Source: a virus
Lineage: Duplodnaviria; Caudoviricetes
Length of the DNA: 43,762 nt
Strand: one strand, 5' to 3'
Virus record (IMG/VR): IMGVR_UViG_3300011339_000336
Span: 1 to 43,762 of that record
The translations under genes were made by a program, and so were the position numbers. The notes under the pieces are model-generated. The model made no database searches, had not been told where the DNA came from, and worked only from the letters and a program-made list of their open reading frames with translations. Numbering within the stretch: position 1 is the first letter of the stretch; each line of letters opens with the position of its first letter. This document shows positions 42,215 through 43,762 of this stretch, in pieces.

Positions 42215-43762
42215 TTAGTTCAGTTTAAGAATAACAATGCCGGAGCCGCCTGCTCCTGAATTTGATGGGCCAACAGTTCCACCGCCACCACCCCCAGTAT
42301 TTACAGTTCCTGAAGTCCCTGTTCCAGCAGAAGGAGCAACACCCGCTCCACCGCCACCAGCACCTCCAGCACCTCCAGTACCAGTATTTCCTCCACCACC
42401 ACCACCGCCGCCGTAGGTGACTGAAGAGCCAGAAATAGAAGAAGCACTGCCCGCACCGCCCGCACCATTTACACCGGGGGAACCTGTAGATTGGCCCGCA
42501 GCACCAGCGCCTCCACCGCCTGCGCCAACGCCATTTGTTCCTTGTTGTGCGCCACCAGCATTACCTTGACCTGATGTTCCAGAACCAGCGCCGCCTAAAT
42601 AATAAGACCCTCCACCACCAGAGCCTCCAGTACCGCCAGTAGTTGTAGCATTTTGGCTTCCACCACCACCCCCACCTACAGCACCAGTTGAGCCATTGAC
42701 AAGCGAACCAAAAGTAGAATTTGAACCTTGATTGCCAGAACCTGTAGATGTTGCTCCGCCAGCGCCCACAGTAATGGTGTAAGTAGTACCAGCGGTTACT
42801 GATAAAGCAATTCCGGTCAATAGGCCACCTGCGCCGCCACCACCGCCAAATTGACCGCCGCCACTACCACCACCCGCTACCACCAAATAATCAACGGTAG
42901 TAATGCCTGCTGGTGCTGTCCATGTCGCAGTAGACAGGAATTGAATGACTGTGCCTTTTGGAACGGTGTAGGACAAAATGACGATGCCAGAACCGCCAGC
43001 CACAGAGGTTGATGGGGTAAATCCACTACCCCCACCACCACCGCCCGTGTTAGCTGTTCCAGCAGTTATTCCAATAACTCCAGAAGTTGTGCCACCACCA
43101 CCATTACCACCTCCACCAGCGCCGCCCGTGCCGCCAGTTGTATGACCACCACCGCCGCCACCGCCAGCGTAAGTTACGCTAGAGCCACTTATAGTGTTTG
43201 CAGTTCCTGCCCCGCCATTGCCGCCAATTCCACCGCTTGATGCAGAACCATTTGTTCCAGAGGCACTAGAACCACCACCGCCACCGCCGCCTGTTGAACC
43301 AAGGAATCCATTTCCTCCGCTATTACCCTGAGATGGGCTGGTAGATGGAGTATTTCCAGAGCCTCCAGTACCATTTACGCCACCATAAGCACCACCGCCG
43401 CCGGAACCACCATTAGGTGATGTGCTATTAGGACTGCCAGCGCCGCCACCACCACCAGTTGATGTGATGGTGCTAAATATGGAATCACCACCAGCGCCGC
43501 CATTGCCGCCTGTACTTGCTGCACCTCCAGCGCCTACAGTAATTGTATAAGTATTTCCAGCAGTAACGCTTAATCCTGTACCAGTACGATAACCACCAGC
43601 ACCACCTCCACCACCCGTTGAACCACCGCCGCCACCGCCAGCCACAACAAGGTAATCAACAGCGGTAACACCCGTAGGGCATTTCCATGAGCCGGCCGCA
43701 AGAAACTGCTCAATGACTACGTAGCCCCCCGCGCTGCGGGTGATGAAGCAGTTTTTAGACGC
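42215..43762 (-). CDS. Gly-rich virion/tail protein with two tandem Gly-rich domains (start lies at 252 across the junction)
   Basis: Two modules, each F...W..P.G.T.VDYLVVAGGG...GGSGIVIL; frame open to the window end. Confidence 0.85.
   Translation of the reverse strand, partial: ASKNCFITRSAGGYVVIEQFLAAGSWKCPTGVTAVDYLVVAGGGGGGSTGGGGGAGGYRTGTGLSVTAGNTYTITVGAGGAASTGGNGGAGGDSIFSTITSTGGGGGAGSPNSTSPNGGSGGGGAYGGVNGTGGSGNTPSTSPSQGNSGGNGFLGSTGGGGGGGSSASGTNGSASSGGIGGNGGAGTANTISGSSVTYAGGGGGGGHTTGGTGGAGGGGNGGGGTTSGVIGITAGTANTGGGGGGSGFTPSTSVAGGSGIVILSYTVPKGTVIQFLSTATWTAPAGITTVDYLVVAGGGSGGGQFGGGGGAGGLLTGIALSVTAGTTYTITVGAGGATSTGSGNQGSNSTFGSLVNGSTGAVGGGGGGSQNATTTGGTGGSGGGGSYYLGGAGSGTSGQGNAGGAQQGTNGVGAGGGGAGAAGQSTGSPGVNGAGGAGSASSISGSSVTYGGGGGGGGNTGTGGAGGAGGGGAGVAPSAGTGTSGTVNTGGGGGGTVGPSNSGAGGSGIVILKLN
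43517..43762. repeat. Terminal overlap, right copy (matches 1-246)
   Basis: Direct alignment with the window start. Confidence 0.95.

Noticed and set aside
1-43762. Stop-codon reassignment, introns/inteins or integration module
   Set aside because: Core genes are full length in the standard code with dense packing; no oversized TerL, PolA or helicase; no recombinase recognized.

Overview
The window looks like an essentially complete, circularly permuted ~43.5 kb dsDNA tailed-phage genome. Its ends overlap: 1-246 matches 43517-43762, identical for 126 nt and then divergent. There are two opposing arms. The minus arm is the late/morphogenesis region, running from 24774 leftwards and wrapping through the ends to ~39612: six small Lys-rich proteins, TerS, TerL, portal, GroES, scaffold, capsid decoration protein, major capsid, P22-like gp4/gp10 tail proteins, a cupin-SET fusion, three ejection proteins, tail fibres, a Gly-rich protein, holin and M15 endolysin. 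The plus arm (25954-39649) holds small early genes, a CobT/CobS-like VWA+AAA pair and a T7-like replication set (primase, helicase, PolA, SSB-like, 5'-3' exonuclease, endonuclease I). I see no RNA polymerase, integrase, repressor, tRNA or CRISPR. The ~1.2 kb divergent control region has a sigma70 promoter, a near-perfect LexA box, four Fis-like sites, an IHF site and a GC-rich element rich in GNA mini-hairpins; these sites suggest a beta/gamma-proteobacterial host (inference). Best leads: (1) a covarying structured-RNA motif present twice as a 5' leader; (2) an unannotated 47-aa peptide ending in the SSB C-terminal motif DDIPF; (3) a cupin-SET methyltransferase fusion alongside many Lys-rich peptides; (4) two related GC-rich fold-back elements ahead of early genes; (5) a lysis-region gene broken exactly at an A_AAA_AAG slippery heptamer. 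All family assignments come from motif and synteny recognition; no database searches were run.
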